This document shows, piece after piece, positions 8,092 to 15,836 of a DNA stretch of 29,039 nucleotides. Where the stretch lies: positions 1 to 29,039 of the IMG/VR virus record IMGVR_UViG_3300032243_000186; one strand, given 5' to 3'. The stretch comes from a virus (lineage: Duplodnaviria > Caudoviricetes). The first letter of the stretch is position 1. Every line of letters starts with the position of its first letter. The notes beneath the pieces were generated by a model. The model saw only the letters and a program-made list of their open reading frames with translations. It had not been told where the DNA came from and searched no databases. Both the position numbers and the translations under genes were made by a program.

Positions 8092-9993
8092 TTATGCCCT
8101 AGACCTCCAACGAGAACCTCTATCTGCCATCCATGTTGGACGTGAAAATGTTGGTGGCTTATCGTCCATGGTATAAAACAGATTGGGTGCATTCCAAATT
8201 AAAAACCAATGCGCCATTACGCAGTCATCAGTTGATCCTTCAGGCCATTGAACAAGTTCTTTAACCATTGGTTTGATTGTTGACTTAGACGCCAGCATTT
8301 CAGAACCAGGAAAGCGCACACGTCCAGCTTTGTAATGGGGAGCAAGGGTCTGCACACCATAGTCCTCATCAGATTTATTGCGGTTAGTTTGGTGTGGGAT
8401 TAGCTGAACATTGCGAACAGCAGCCCAACGCTTGAAGTGGTCATACTGCAACATAAACCTCTGGGCAGCATTAGCCTCAACAATGAGATGGGTAAATGGG
8501 CGATCTTGGTCGTTAGAACGTTGCCACCATTCCTCTAACAAACCTGTGAACTGGCGGGTATCTTGGTTGAAGTCTAAAAAGTCTGGGGCATCCATAGGTG
8601 ATCTATGTAAGTCAACTAAATGTTGCATCTGGTTCTCAGCATCAAAGCCCCACCATTGAACCGACCAGTACTTGGTAGGAGATGGATCAGCAGTTACAAC
8701 TGAGTAGGCGCTGACTCCTTTAGGGAACTGACCTATGACACGTTTGTCATCCCAGCACCCTTGGTACATAATCCCGCTATCATCCATGCCCCCGTCAATC
8801 CATGATGGCTGGATAAGGGATGCAGCTTTGTCAACATCTTCTTGTTGGTACAAAGTCTGATAGCGTTCTAAGCGATTTTTTTGGACGCGCATGAGTTCTT
8901 TCCATGGCAAGCGGTAGTCATCAAGCAAGCACCCGTTGGGGTAGTTTCCTTTATGCGCTCCGTTAGTCTTTTCTGCGTCACACAAATCTTCATAGTGGGC
9001 TTTGTAAACAATGTGGTGGTACTTCTTTGGAGCCAGTTCTGGCTTATCTTCAAACTCTTCCGACCAGTCAACTAAGTTGAGTGCATAGCGATACAAGTCA
9101 TCTGATGCCATTCTCTGGCCTTGCAAAATTAAAAGCCCACCTGGATCAACGCGAGTTTCAGCTTCTGTTTCCCACCAGTTAATTAAAGTTTCTCTGGCCT
9201 CAGTGGTACGGATGTTTGTTTTATCTACAAGGTCATCCCAGATAACCGTATCGAAACGTCCACCAAGAAAACCTGAGTCCATACCGTAAGCAACAAAGTT
9301 TGCTTCTTTGTCATCAATTGCCACTCCACCATCTTGGGCAAGGATAAATTCTTCAAGGCGCCATAAGTCGGAGTTGCTTGGCTTGAATCTGCCGTAGTCA
9401 GTAATCAAAGTAGAGACTGCATCTTTTGCCATGCCACGCTCAAACAAAACAGCATCGGCTTTAACTGGCGTTACACGCTCAAAGGTTCTACGGATGCGAC
9501 CTGTGTACTTAGTGGCTTGTCCTGCTGTACGTGACCCAATCATCGTTCGACGAGAACGATCACGCACGGCAAGCCATACTGGAAAGTCGTGTGTCCATGT
9601 AGTTGACTTACCAACTCCAGGAGGACAGTTGATAACAACGTACTCTTTGTTAGGCGTGGCTGCAAGTTCTAGCATTTTGTATGCAGCTTCTTCCACCCAT
9701 GGAGAAGTTGATCTAGCAAAGTAACGTTCCCTAAAGTAACCAAAGTCTTCTAGCGCACGTGCAGCATCGCCTTTAACTTTGTCTGGAGAAAATATGCCAG
9801 CCTTTTCAAATCCCACTTCACCTAGCGCTTTGTTCATGCGCGAAGTTGGAATCTTTGCTTGACGCATTACAGATGGATAACTAATGCCAGCCATCTTTGC
9901 TGATGTTCTTTGTGAGTGTCCTTCTTCTATAGCTTTGGCATACTTGCGCCAACGAGTATCATCAATACGTAAATTACTCTTACCTTGTGCCAC
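8092..9993 (-). CDS. terL: Terminase large subunit with N-terminal HTH-like extension
   Basis: Walker A CPPGVGKST, Walker B IWDDLVD, coupling motif GQR..DDLY, and RNase H-like nuclease acidic motifs (ADPS, VEAN, DDCVMA). GTG start. Confidence 0.93.
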   Translation of the reverse strand: MAQGKSNLRIDDTRWRKYAKAIEEGHSQRTSAKMAGISYPSVMRQAKIPTSRMNKALGEVGFEKAGIFSPDKVKGDAARALEDFGYFRERYFARSTSPWVEEAAYKMLELAATPNKEYVVINCPPGVGKSTTWTHDFPVWLAVRDRSRRTMIGSRTAGQATKYTGRIRRTFERVTPVKADAVLFERGMAKDAVSTLITDYGRFKPSNSDLWRLEEFILAQDGGVAIDDKEANFVAYGMDSGFLGGRFDTVIWDDLVDKTNIRTTEARETLINWWETEAETRVDPGGLLILQGQRMASDDLYRYALNLVDWSEEFEDKPELAPKKYHHIVYKAHYEDLCDAEKTNGAHKGNYPNGCLLDDYRLPWKELMRVQKNRLERYQTLYQQEDVDKAASLIQPSWIDGGMDDSGIMYQGCWDDKRVIGQFPKGVSAYSVVTADPSPTKYWSVQWWGFDAENQMQHLVDLHRSPMDAPDFLDFNQDTRQFTGLLEEWWQRSNDQDRPFTHLIVEANAAQRFMLQYDHFKRWAAVRNVQLIPHQTNRNKSDEDYGVQTLAPHYKAGRVRFPGSEMLASKSTIKPMVKELVQWPEGSTDDCVMAHWFLIWNAPNLFYTMDDKPPTFSRPTWMADRGSRWRSRA

Positions 9994-10028
9994 ACAATCC
10001 CCTTTGCGTAATGCTTACACTCTATCAC

Positions 10029-10056
10029 TTGCATTAAGAAAATAAAGTGCTATCTT
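10029..10056 (+). promoter_or_regulatory. Sigma70/SigA-type promoter divergent from terL
   Basis: TTGCAT (10029-34), 16-nt spacer, TATCTT (10051-56), with extended -10 TG at 10048-49. Confidence 0.5.
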
Positions 10057-10061
10057 TGCCT

Positions 10062-10460
10062 TGCTTGGTACAGTTGGGGAATTGCATCAAAGCATCTACA
10101 AAAAAACTTAATAATGGCTGCGCGGCACACCATGTAAAAAACCGCGCACACTACTCGCCCTAGTGTGGACCCGTTAGATGGGGAAAATTCCCTATGCCTA
10201 GAATCAGCAACTAGCACCCAGGTAGAAGTCCACCATTGAGTGAATCAGACATATAACTCATAAACGGCGAGAACATCAGTGATTGTTATTTCGTATCGCC
10301 TAGCAATCAGCTCCACAACAACTGATCTTTATTTGAAAACGCGACCACCCCTAGGGGTAGATTTGTGTCTTAATCTGGAACTACCATCTACAGATAGGCA
10401 CGTGGTTTTAGAACATCTATTAAATGTAGTTAATAAATCTTTTAAGACCAAGAACCAAAC
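10062..10460 (+). ncRNA. Candidate structured non-coding RNA (unassigned)
   Basis: No credible ORF. It follows a promoter and contains a dense series of nested stems plus a possible pseudoknot (see findings). Confidence 0.45.
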
Positions 10461-10774
10461 TTGAGCCAAGGTGACTCAACCTTATATTGTGGCTAGCTTA
10501 TAGATTACGATATTGAGATATAGTTCGTACGGTGATATAAAGATAGCCGCCGCACCCCACCGAAGGCACATACCCAGTCAGAGGTAGGCCACGCTCAACC
10601 CTAAAGATTAGGTAGAGGGTTAGCCTTGTGCATAGGTGCCGAATACCCGCAACACTTGGGCGCTTGCCTCATCTCCTAGCCGATACAAGGACACCCCCAC
10701 CCCTTTGATATAGATAGACGCTACGGCTAAGGCATGGCAAGCAATAGGTGCAAGATTCAAGAATTACTGCATGG

Positions 10775-10823
10775 GGATTAGATGGGGATAATCTGGCAAT
10801 ATCTGAGGATTAAATGGGGATAA
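10775..10823 (+). repeat. 17-bp direct repeat GGATTArATGGGGATAA x2 (32-bp period)
   Basis: Copies at 10775-10791 and 10807-10823 differ at one position. The core ATGGGGAT occurs three times (10771, 10782, 10814). Confidence 0.7.
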
Positions 10824-11095
10824 GTAACGAATAAAGGTGAAAAAGATTAGGGGCGCTTAATGAAAATCCCCTAACACCCCCAGCCCCTAGCCTTTTGAGC
10901 GTGATTCGACACCTTACGGCGGGAATGTCTAAGGTTTGACATATTGAGGCCTTATGTCTAACAAGGCTCCTGAGTTGATACCAGCAAGAGACACGAAAAG
11001 CGACCCGATTACCTGCTGGCGTGACCGTAACTAATGCCCTAGAATTATACCTAACGAGTTGAGGCGAGTCTCAACCGATAACGAAAGGCAAGAAA

Positions 11096-11512
11096 ATGGC
11101 AAGAGCAATCACAGTAAAGGTGGCAACACCAAAAGTAATCAAGGCTTTGGAAACAAAGTTAGCAACACTCAAGAAAGACAAAGAGAACGAAGCAAGCAAC
11201 GAAGCAAAGTTCCAAAAGGATAATGAAAAGTGGAAAAAGGAAATTATTGTTTTTGCAATCGCAAACATCAAAAAGGCTGAAAATGTACGCAGTAACTATC
11301 GTTCTTGGAACAATCAGTTAAACATTGACTTTGACCTTACAGTTTCAGAGCTGGATATGCCAAAGCAACCTGAGCGTGATTTCACAACTATGAACGACCA
11401 CACATATCGTGAGATCGTGGAGGAAATTAACAACGCTCTCTCTATTCTAAAGATGACAGATGAGGAAACAGTTAATGCTTCCACTATGAAGTCAATCGCT
11501 AAGTATCTCTAA
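11096..11512 (+). CDS. Hypothetical early protein (138 aa, coiled-coil N-terminus)
   Basis: GAAAGG SD before the ATG. First gene of the plus-strand cassette. Confidence 0.85.
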   Translation: MARAITVKVATPKVIKALETKLATLKKDKENEASNEAKFQKDNEKWKKEIIVFAIANIKKAENVRSNYRSWNNQLNIDFDLTVSELDMPKQPERDFTTMNDHTYREIVEEINNALSILKMTDEETVNASTMKSIAKYL

Positions 11513-11525
11513 TTGGTAATGAGTA

Positions 11526-11663
11526 ATGACTACCAAACTCACTTACACGATTCGCGACATTCGCACCAATGAGGTGCTAGTACATGCCCCACTAAGTAAG
11601 ACACGCCTCAACGCCTTAGTGAAGGCATACGCTCACGCAGGGATTCACGCTGTAGTTGCTTAG
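11526..11663 (+). CDS. Hypothetical microprotein (45 aa)
   Basis: Read by hand: MTTKLTYTIRDIRTNEVLVHAPLSKTRLNALVKAYAHAGIHAVVA. Weak SD (GAG). Fills the gap before a hairpin. Confidence 0.6.
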   Translation: MTTKLTYTIRDIRTNEVLVHAPLSKTRLNALVKAYAHAGIHAVVA

Positions 11664-11670
11664 CCGTCTC

Positions 11671-11713
11671 ATAATGGGGGGGCTGGGGTGTAATGCCTTA
11701 GCCCCCTTGTTAT
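11671..11713 (+). other. 20-bp uninterrupted RNA hairpin with 7 G-U wobbles
   Basis: ATAATGGGGGGGCTGGGGTG-taa-TGCCTTAGCCCCCTTGTTAT. Every non-Watson-Crick pair is G-U on the plus strand. There is no U-tract. Confidence 0.75.
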
Positions 11714-11749
11714 GGGGTTACTAATGACCTCAAGAGAAAAGGGTGAAAA

Positions 11750-11896
11750 GTGATAACGAAAAGAGGCAAGAGAGTGCGGGCGCTGGCGATTCTGGCGCTT
11801 ATCGTGGCGCTCTGGTGGTTGAGTGGGCATGTCTGGTACACGGGCGCGGGTTACTGTATCGGCTCACTTAACGAGTGCATGGCGGGCGGATTATGA
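11750..11896 (+). CDS. Small single-pass membrane protein (48 aa)
   Basis: GTG after AAAGGGTG. MITKRGKRVRALAILALIVALWWLSGHVWYTGAGYCIGSLNECMAGGL has a basic N-terminus followed by a hydrophobic helix. Confidence 0.7.
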   Translation: MITKRGKRVRALAILALIVALWWLSGHVWYTGAGYCIGSLNECMAGGL

Positions 11897-12015
11897 CCCC
11901 CTTTACATGCCAGAGATGCGGGCAAGAGGCCGACCTATTAACAGCATTTACGGCGTGGCAAGTGTGCGGGAGGTGTACCCGTAAAGCCCAGCGCAAGGCC
12001 GTAGGCCGTAAGTAA
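11893..12015 (+). CDS. Zn-finger microprotein (40 aa)
   Basis: ATGA overlap. MTPFTCQRCGQEADLLTAFTAWQVCGRCTRKAQRKAVGRK has two CxxC motifs. Confidence 0.7.
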   Translation: MTPFTCQRCGQEADLLTAFTAWQVCGRCTRKAQRKAVGRK

Positions 12016-12228
12016 TTGCAGGGGCGCGCTCTAATCTAATCGGGGCGCGCCCCTTGCTTATCTTCAGAAAAAAAAAATTTAGTCGGTGGACTTAACGGGC
12101 TCACTCAGCCCCTAGACATAACGGGATTACTCATCAAAATTGCAAGACTTAGGCCGATAGCCTCAAAATCTATAGACCTAAGCCCCGCAATTTACGGGGA
12201 TCAAAATCACTTGAAAGGTGAAAAGAAA

Positions 12229-12384
12229 ATGAAAACAATTACCAAAAGCGACTTAAAGAGAATGCGTCGCGCCATAAGAATCGCAGACCGCGCAAACGAT
12301 TACGAAGTAATCGAATGGGCGTTCGGTGATATTGAATCAACTATAAACAAAATCGAAGCAAAACTAGAAAGGGTGGGCAAGTAA
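12229..12384 (+). CDS. Hypothetical microprotein (51 aa)
   Basis: GAAAGGTG SD. MKTITKSDLKRMRRAIRIADRANDYEVIEWAFGDIESTINKIEAKLERVGK. TAATG overlap with the next gene. Confidence 0.7.
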   Translation: MKTITKSDLKRMRRAIRIADRANDYEVIEWAFGDIESTINKIEAKLERVGK

Positions 12385-12689
12385 TGTGCGAAGAATATAA
12401 CGGCTGGACTAACCGCGAGACATGGGCAACCGCCTTGCATATAGATAATGACCAAGCCATGCAGGAGGCAGTCCAAGAACTAGCAACAAGCGCCCACGAA
12501 GAGAATGAGGACACGCTCCAAGCTCTTAGGGAATTAACCGAATGGATTGAAGAATATGTAACCGAAATCCTTGAATCGGATTGGGAAGGCGTTAAGCCTA
12601 TGCGCTACGACATAGGCTCACTCTGGCGCGTGAACTGGCGCGAAGTTGCTGAGGCTTATGTCTGGACACCTGTTGAGGTGGACGCATGA
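12384..12689 (+). CDS. Acidic early protein of the YNGWxNxETW phage family (101 aa)
   Basis: YNGWTNRETWATALHIDND N-terminal motif and VNWREVAE C-terminal motif, recognised as a widespread uncharacterised phage family. Confidence 0.75.
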   Translation: MCEEYNGWTNRETWATALHIDNDQAMQEAVQELATSAHEENEDTLQALRELTEWIEEYVTEILESDWEGVKPMRYDIGSLWRVNWREVAEAYVWTPVEVDA

Positions 12690-12826
12690 ACCAAGAATCT
12701 ATCTCATGGGCAGAACTGGCAGAACTAACCCACGCAACTCAGGTTGAACGCTTTAACTGGTGCAGTTGTGAAGATAATGAAGGCAACGAAAACCCGTTCA
12801 GCGATTGCCCGAAAGGAGACGAATAA
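12686..12826 (+). CDS. Acidic Cys-containing microprotein (46 aa)
   Basis: GAGGTG SD and ATGA overlap. MNQESISWAELAELTHATQVERFNWCSCEDNEGNENPFSDCPKGDE. Confidence 0.7.
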   Translation: MNQESISWAELAELTHATQVERFNWCSCEDNEGNENPFSDCPKGDE

Positions 12827-12843
12827 ACCGAAAACATGAAAAC

Positions 12844-12894
12844 GCCTAAAAGATAGGGGGGCGGGAACCTCAAAACGCCCCCCGAATCTTAGGC
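12844..12894. other. GC-rich hairpin in the convergent intergenic zone
   Basis: GGGGGGCG (12856-63) pairs with CGCCCCCC (12876-83), extended by GCCTAA/TTAGGC. Confidence 0.6.
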
Positions 12895-12951
12895 AAAAAT
12901 TCAAAAAAAATACCCTTACGACGTATCGGTATCGCTCAGTTCAAAATGTCA

Positions 12952-12994
12952 TGCACCCGCAGAAATGCAGCAGCGCGGGTGCAGATTTTTTTTT
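12952..12994 (+). terminator. Intrinsic terminator ending the plus-strand cassette
   Basis: 9-bp stem TGCACCCGC/GCGGGTGCA followed by GA and T9. Confidence 0.7.
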
Positions 12995-13016
12995 AGGACG
13001 CTACGTAGCTGCACAT

Positions 13017-13199
13017 CTATTTTTCTCGGTTAACTAATTCTGATCTAGCATCTAACAAATCATCAATGCTGGACAAAAGTATCTCTTTTTTTCGCCAGTC
13101 CATACGTTTGCCGTACTCATTTGTTTTTAATTCTTTCCAGATAAAAGCCAACGCCTCATCGAGTTCAGAGATAGTAACCTCTTCCTCGATAATAAGCAT
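13017..13199 (-). CDS. Hypothetical protein (60 aa)
   Basis: ORF track. Last gene of the minus-strand DNA-metabolism operon. Confidence 0.75.
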   Translation of the reverse strand: MLIIEEEVTISELDEALAFIWKELKTNEYGKRMDWRKKEILLSSIDDLLDARSELVNREK

Positions 13200-13208
13200 G
13201 AGGAAATG

Positions 13209-13394
13209 TTACTTTTGATTACGCTCTTCACGCTTTATTCTGTACGACGCAACATCGGCAGCTAAGTAGTAAACTTCCTTGCCAATTTTCTTAACCCATT
13301 TGATTGAGCCACGGTGCTGTATCTGGCGCAGGTTGTTAAGGTTGATCCCCAGATATTCAATTACTTGCTGACATCCCCATAGTTCTTGTTCCAT
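13209..13394 (-). CDS. HTH DNA-binding protein (MerR/excisionase-like)
   Basis: QVIEYLGINLNNLRQIQHRGSI...YYLAADV pattern. Confidence 0.7.
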   Translation of the reverse strand: MEQELWGCQQVIEYLGINLNNLRQIQHRGSIKWVKKIGKEVYYLAADVASYRIKREERNQK

Positions 13395-13777
13395 TAGAAT
13401 GGCGCTCCAGCATCTTTAGACTTTAACTCTGGCGCTAAGAACTCATCTTGCTTTGTAGCGCGCTCGACCTTATGGAAATCATTAACATAAATCTCCAGTG
13501 ATGATGCAGGACCACCTTCTTTGGTCATCCAGTGGGCTTCCCCGATACGTCCAGAGACAGTTATTGTGTCTCCCTTGCGTAAACGATCAACGGCTTTTTC
13601 AGCTTGTGGTCCGAATACTTTTACCTGGAACCACATTGCGGGACCATCAATCCACACGCCATCAACCTTGACTCTTTGACCAACTGCCAAAGAAAAGTTT
13701 GCTAGTGCCTTTGCATCTGCGGAAAACTTCAACTCTGGGTCTTTGCCTAAGTTGCCAGTAATTATTAAATTGTTCAT
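13394..13777 (-). CDS. ssb: Single-stranded DNA-binding protein
   Basis: ITGNLGKDPELKF...ANFSLAV...WFQVKVFG...LRKGDTITVSGR and a C-terminal APF tail. Confidence 0.95.
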   Translation of the reverse strand: MNNLIITGNLGKDPELKFSADAKALANFSLAVGQRVKVDGVWIDGPAMWFQVKVFGPQAEKAVDRLRKGDTITVSGRIGEAHWMTKEGGPASSLEIYVNDFHKVERATKQDEFLAPELKSKDAGAPF

Positions 13778-13815
13778 GGATACCTTTCTAAATCTTGGAT
13801 TACCCGTAACCTATA

Positions 13816-14280
13816 TCAATACCAGTGATGGCGCAAATGCCAGTTCAGAGCCTTACAGGCTGAGCCGTCGTACCTGCTTTCGAGATAGCGAAGGCCGTTC
13901 TGAATCTGGACATAGGAAATACGGGAAGTCTCACCTAGTAACTGGGCAATCCCAAAGGCATGTAAAGCTACTCGCTTACCCTTGCGAACTTGATATACGG
14001 GTATGCGGTTCCTCGACTTAGGATTCCAGTTGCTTTCAAAAGTCCAGAGTTTAACCAGACACTTGTATTCAACTGGGTTGTCAACGACCTGCCTAGCAAA
14101 TGCTTTGGGTTCCATTCTGAATGAATCCATCATGGGCGCACTAGCTTGGGCAGTCGCAGAAGAGAAAAGTCCCACCAGTGAGGCGATTAAAAGGACTTTT
14201 CTTTTGAACTTTACTGAGGAACCTTCCGCCGATCTATACAAACTTCGCAGGTAGTGGTTCCATAAATCTGCTTGCCGCAA
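13816..14280 (-). CDS. Secreted lytic transglycosylase-like (SLT/Rpf-like) protein; true start uncertain
   Basis: Signal peptide KFKRKVLLIASLVGLFSSATAQA. Motifs LWTFESNWNP, AFGIAQ, QIQNGLRYLESRY..C.A...W. Confidence 0.8.
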   Translation of the reverse strand: MRQADLWNHYLRSLYRSAEGSSVKFKRKVLLIASLVGLFSSATAQASAPMMDSFRMEPKAFARQVVDNPVEYKCLVKLWTFESNWNPKSRNRIPVYQVRKGKRVALHAFGIAQLLGETSRISYVQIQNGLRYLESRYDGSACKALNWHLRHHWY

Positions 14281-14309
14281 CCAGTGCAGCGCTGAATCTT
14301 ACTATCCAT
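14211..14309 (-). CDS. Zn-finger microprotein (32 aa)
   Basis: Read by hand after an AGGGGG SD: MDSKIQRCTGCGKQIYGTTTCEVCIDRRKVPQ, with two CxxC motifs. Confidence 0.6.
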   Translation of the reverse strand: MDSKIQRCTGCGKQIYGTTTCEVCIDRRKVPQ

Positions 14310-14357
14310 GTTATTACCCCCTAAAGGTTTGACTACAATGGACGAATTTATTTTAGC

Positions 14358-14588
14358 CTAATCTGCTTTAATCTGAGCCTTTGCAATCTGCTGGGCTACG
14401 CTCAAACCGCGTACAAAGTCGGATTTTTCTCGTTGTTCTGGCGTAATTAATCCACTTTCAGCAATAATTTTCTCAATCAATTCAGAAATATGATGCGCCA
14501 TGTAATTCATCCCACCACGTATCAACTTATCTAGTTCAGCCTTAGCTGCTTTTTCTACTGGAGTTTTCTTCTTATTAAGTTCGCTCAT
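14358..14588 (-). CDS. Hypothetical protein (76 aa)
   Basis: ORF track. ATGA overlap with the upstream gene. Confidence 0.75.
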   Translation of the reverse strand: MSELNKKKTPVEKAAKAELDKLIRGGMNYMAHHISELIEKIIAESGLITPEQREKSDFVRGLSVAQQIAKAQIKAD

Positions 14589-14740
14589 TTACTTGTCTTC
14601 CATATCGTGTGGGTTGCATTGAATAATCGGTTCATAAGTTCACCGCATTGACAACGCGGCGTATCTGCTTCTGCATGTATGGATCGGTTATCTTCAAACT
14701 CAATCTTACATTTAGGGCATCTGTATTGATATGTCGGCAT
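14585..14740 (-). CDS. FmdB-family zinc-ribbon protein
   Basis: MPTYQYRCPKC..FE...PRCQCG..MNRLF. The start is placed at the ATG at 14740 (TAATG overlap) rather than 14785. Confidence 0.8.
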   Translation of the reverse strand: MPTYQYRCPKCKIEFEDNRSIHAEADTPRCQCGELMNRLFNATHTIWKTSK

Positions 14741-14994
14741 TAATCTTTGCAATCCGCACAAGCTGATGTACCGTGTTCTGCACAATAGTAATAAGTTTTT
14801 CGCTCTGGGTTCTTACAGTTAGGGCAAGATGATTCTTCATCCACAATAACTGCTTGCAAATCCGTGTACTCATGGTCGCAGTGATAGCAATATGCCAGTC
14901 CTTCGCCCCAGTCTTTCAACCAACGGCGTCGAGATTCTTTAATGCGCTCATTAAGAACCGAATTAGCATCATATTCTTGTGGTTGCATTGTCAT
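14740..14994 (-). CDS. Cys-rich zinc-binding protein (84 aa)
   Basis: Motifs CYHC, CPNC, CAEH, CADC. Confidence 0.75.
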   Translation of the reverse strand: MTMQPQEYDANSVLNERIKESRRRWLKDWGEGLAYCYHCDHEYTDLQAVIVDEESSCPNCKNPERKTYYYCAEHGTSACADCKD

Positions 14995-15203
14995 TTTGTT
15001 AACAACTCTGGCATAAGAAATGCCATCGCTTTGCCAGCGATTTCTTCCATCTGGGTTTTGTTAAGATAAATACAAATCTCAGCTCCATCACCTTTAAGAG
15101 TCATGGTGCATGTGTCATCTTCTGGGTTATCCCAGAGTTTGAAGATAGATACTTCTAATTCACTACGACTTACATGTTGATTTATTGCAGCCATTTGGTT
15201 CAC
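14991..15203 (-). CDS. Hypothetical protein (70 aa)
   Basis: ORF track. The AAAAGGTG SD favours the internal ATG (MAAIN...) as the start. Confidence 0.7.
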   Translation of the reverse strand: MNQMAAINQHVSRSELEVSIFKLWDNPEDDTCTMTLKGDGAEICIYLNKTQMEEIAGKAMAFLMPELLTK

Positions 15204-15242
15204 CTTTTCTTGGAAGTCGTTCGCTTCCTGTTACTACGTAAT

Positions 15243-15626
15243 CTATTGCCCACCATAATCTTTGTCAATAACCTTTGGGTTTCCATATCCCGCGTCGCGA
15301 AGAAGGTTAAGCATGGCGCCTACTGGCATGACTGCCCACCAATCCTCAACTGATCCCAAGCCAACGCCATTGGGTTTAACTACCAGGATTCCATAATCAG
15401 CTTTGGCATTTACTCGTTCGACTTCAGTTTCCTTAATCCATTCTGGAAACTTATATGTTTTATGGTTCTTGATCTCAACAACAAGTCCAACCATTCCCGA
15501 TATATCACCCATGTCATTAACACCTGCGAGCGCACGGCGTTCTACATTTGGGAAAGCATCAAGTACTGCTGGAGACTTTACAAAAGCCGATTCAGCAGAA
15601 GTCCCTTTCTGTTTGGACTTGCTCAT
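15243..15626 (-). CDS. Holliday junction resolvase (Hjc-like PD-(D/E)XK)
   Basis: SKQKGTSAE...DMGDI...VEIKN...EW..E...E motif set. Confidence 0.8.
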   Translation of the reverse strand: MSKSKQKGTSAESAFVKSPAVLDAFPNVERRALAGVNDMGDISGMVGLVVEIKNHKTYKFPEWIKETEVERVNAKADYGILVVKPNGVGLGSVEDWWAVMPVGAMLNLLRDAGYGNPKVIDKDYGGQ

Positions 15627-15820
15627 TCAGAAATTACAAGTCGCACTACATCTCTTACAATTTTGTGGCAACTACCATTTGAGGTATTTAAGTAAATATC
15701 GAATGTTCCGTTATGGTCAGGACCATCTACAGCCCTTACTGTTCCCGAATCTTTATCAATAATTACGGGATCACCCATCTGCAACATTACGGGGTCAATC
15801 GTTATTGTTGTCATATCCAT
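15623..15820 (-). CDS. Hypothetical small beta-rich (KOW/SH3-like) protein
   Basis: LQMGDPVII...GTVRAVD pattern. Confidence 0.6.
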   Translation of the reverse strand: MDMTTITIDPVMLQMGDPVIIDKDSGTVRAVDGPDHNGTFDIYLNTSNGSCHKIVRDVVRLVISE

Positions 15821-15836
15821 TCCTTACTCGTAAGCA

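Noticed and set aside
302-9724. Many plus-strand and alternative-frame ORFs of 60-100 aa within the structural genes
   Set aside because: They are shadows of long, motif-bearing, tightly coupled minus-strand genes and have no recognisable motifs.
10062-10460. RNase P RNA, tmRNA, group I/II intron or hammerhead ribozyme
   Set aside because: I found no GAGGAAAGUCC, tRNA-like ends, group II domain V, group I P7 consensus or CUGAUGA..GAAA core by eye.
10279-10464. 61-aa plus-strand ORF in the non-coding gap
   Set aside because: GTG start without a convincing SD and no motif. It lies within the stem-dense segment better explained as RNA structure, though it is not strictly excluded.
12067-12080. 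A-homopolymer run as a slippage or phase-variation site
   Set aside because: It is intergenic, next to a hairpin, and disrupts no reading frame.
13209-13394. Excisionase implying a temperate lifestyle
   Set aside because: No integrase, repressor or att-like site is visible. The fold is a generic HTH.
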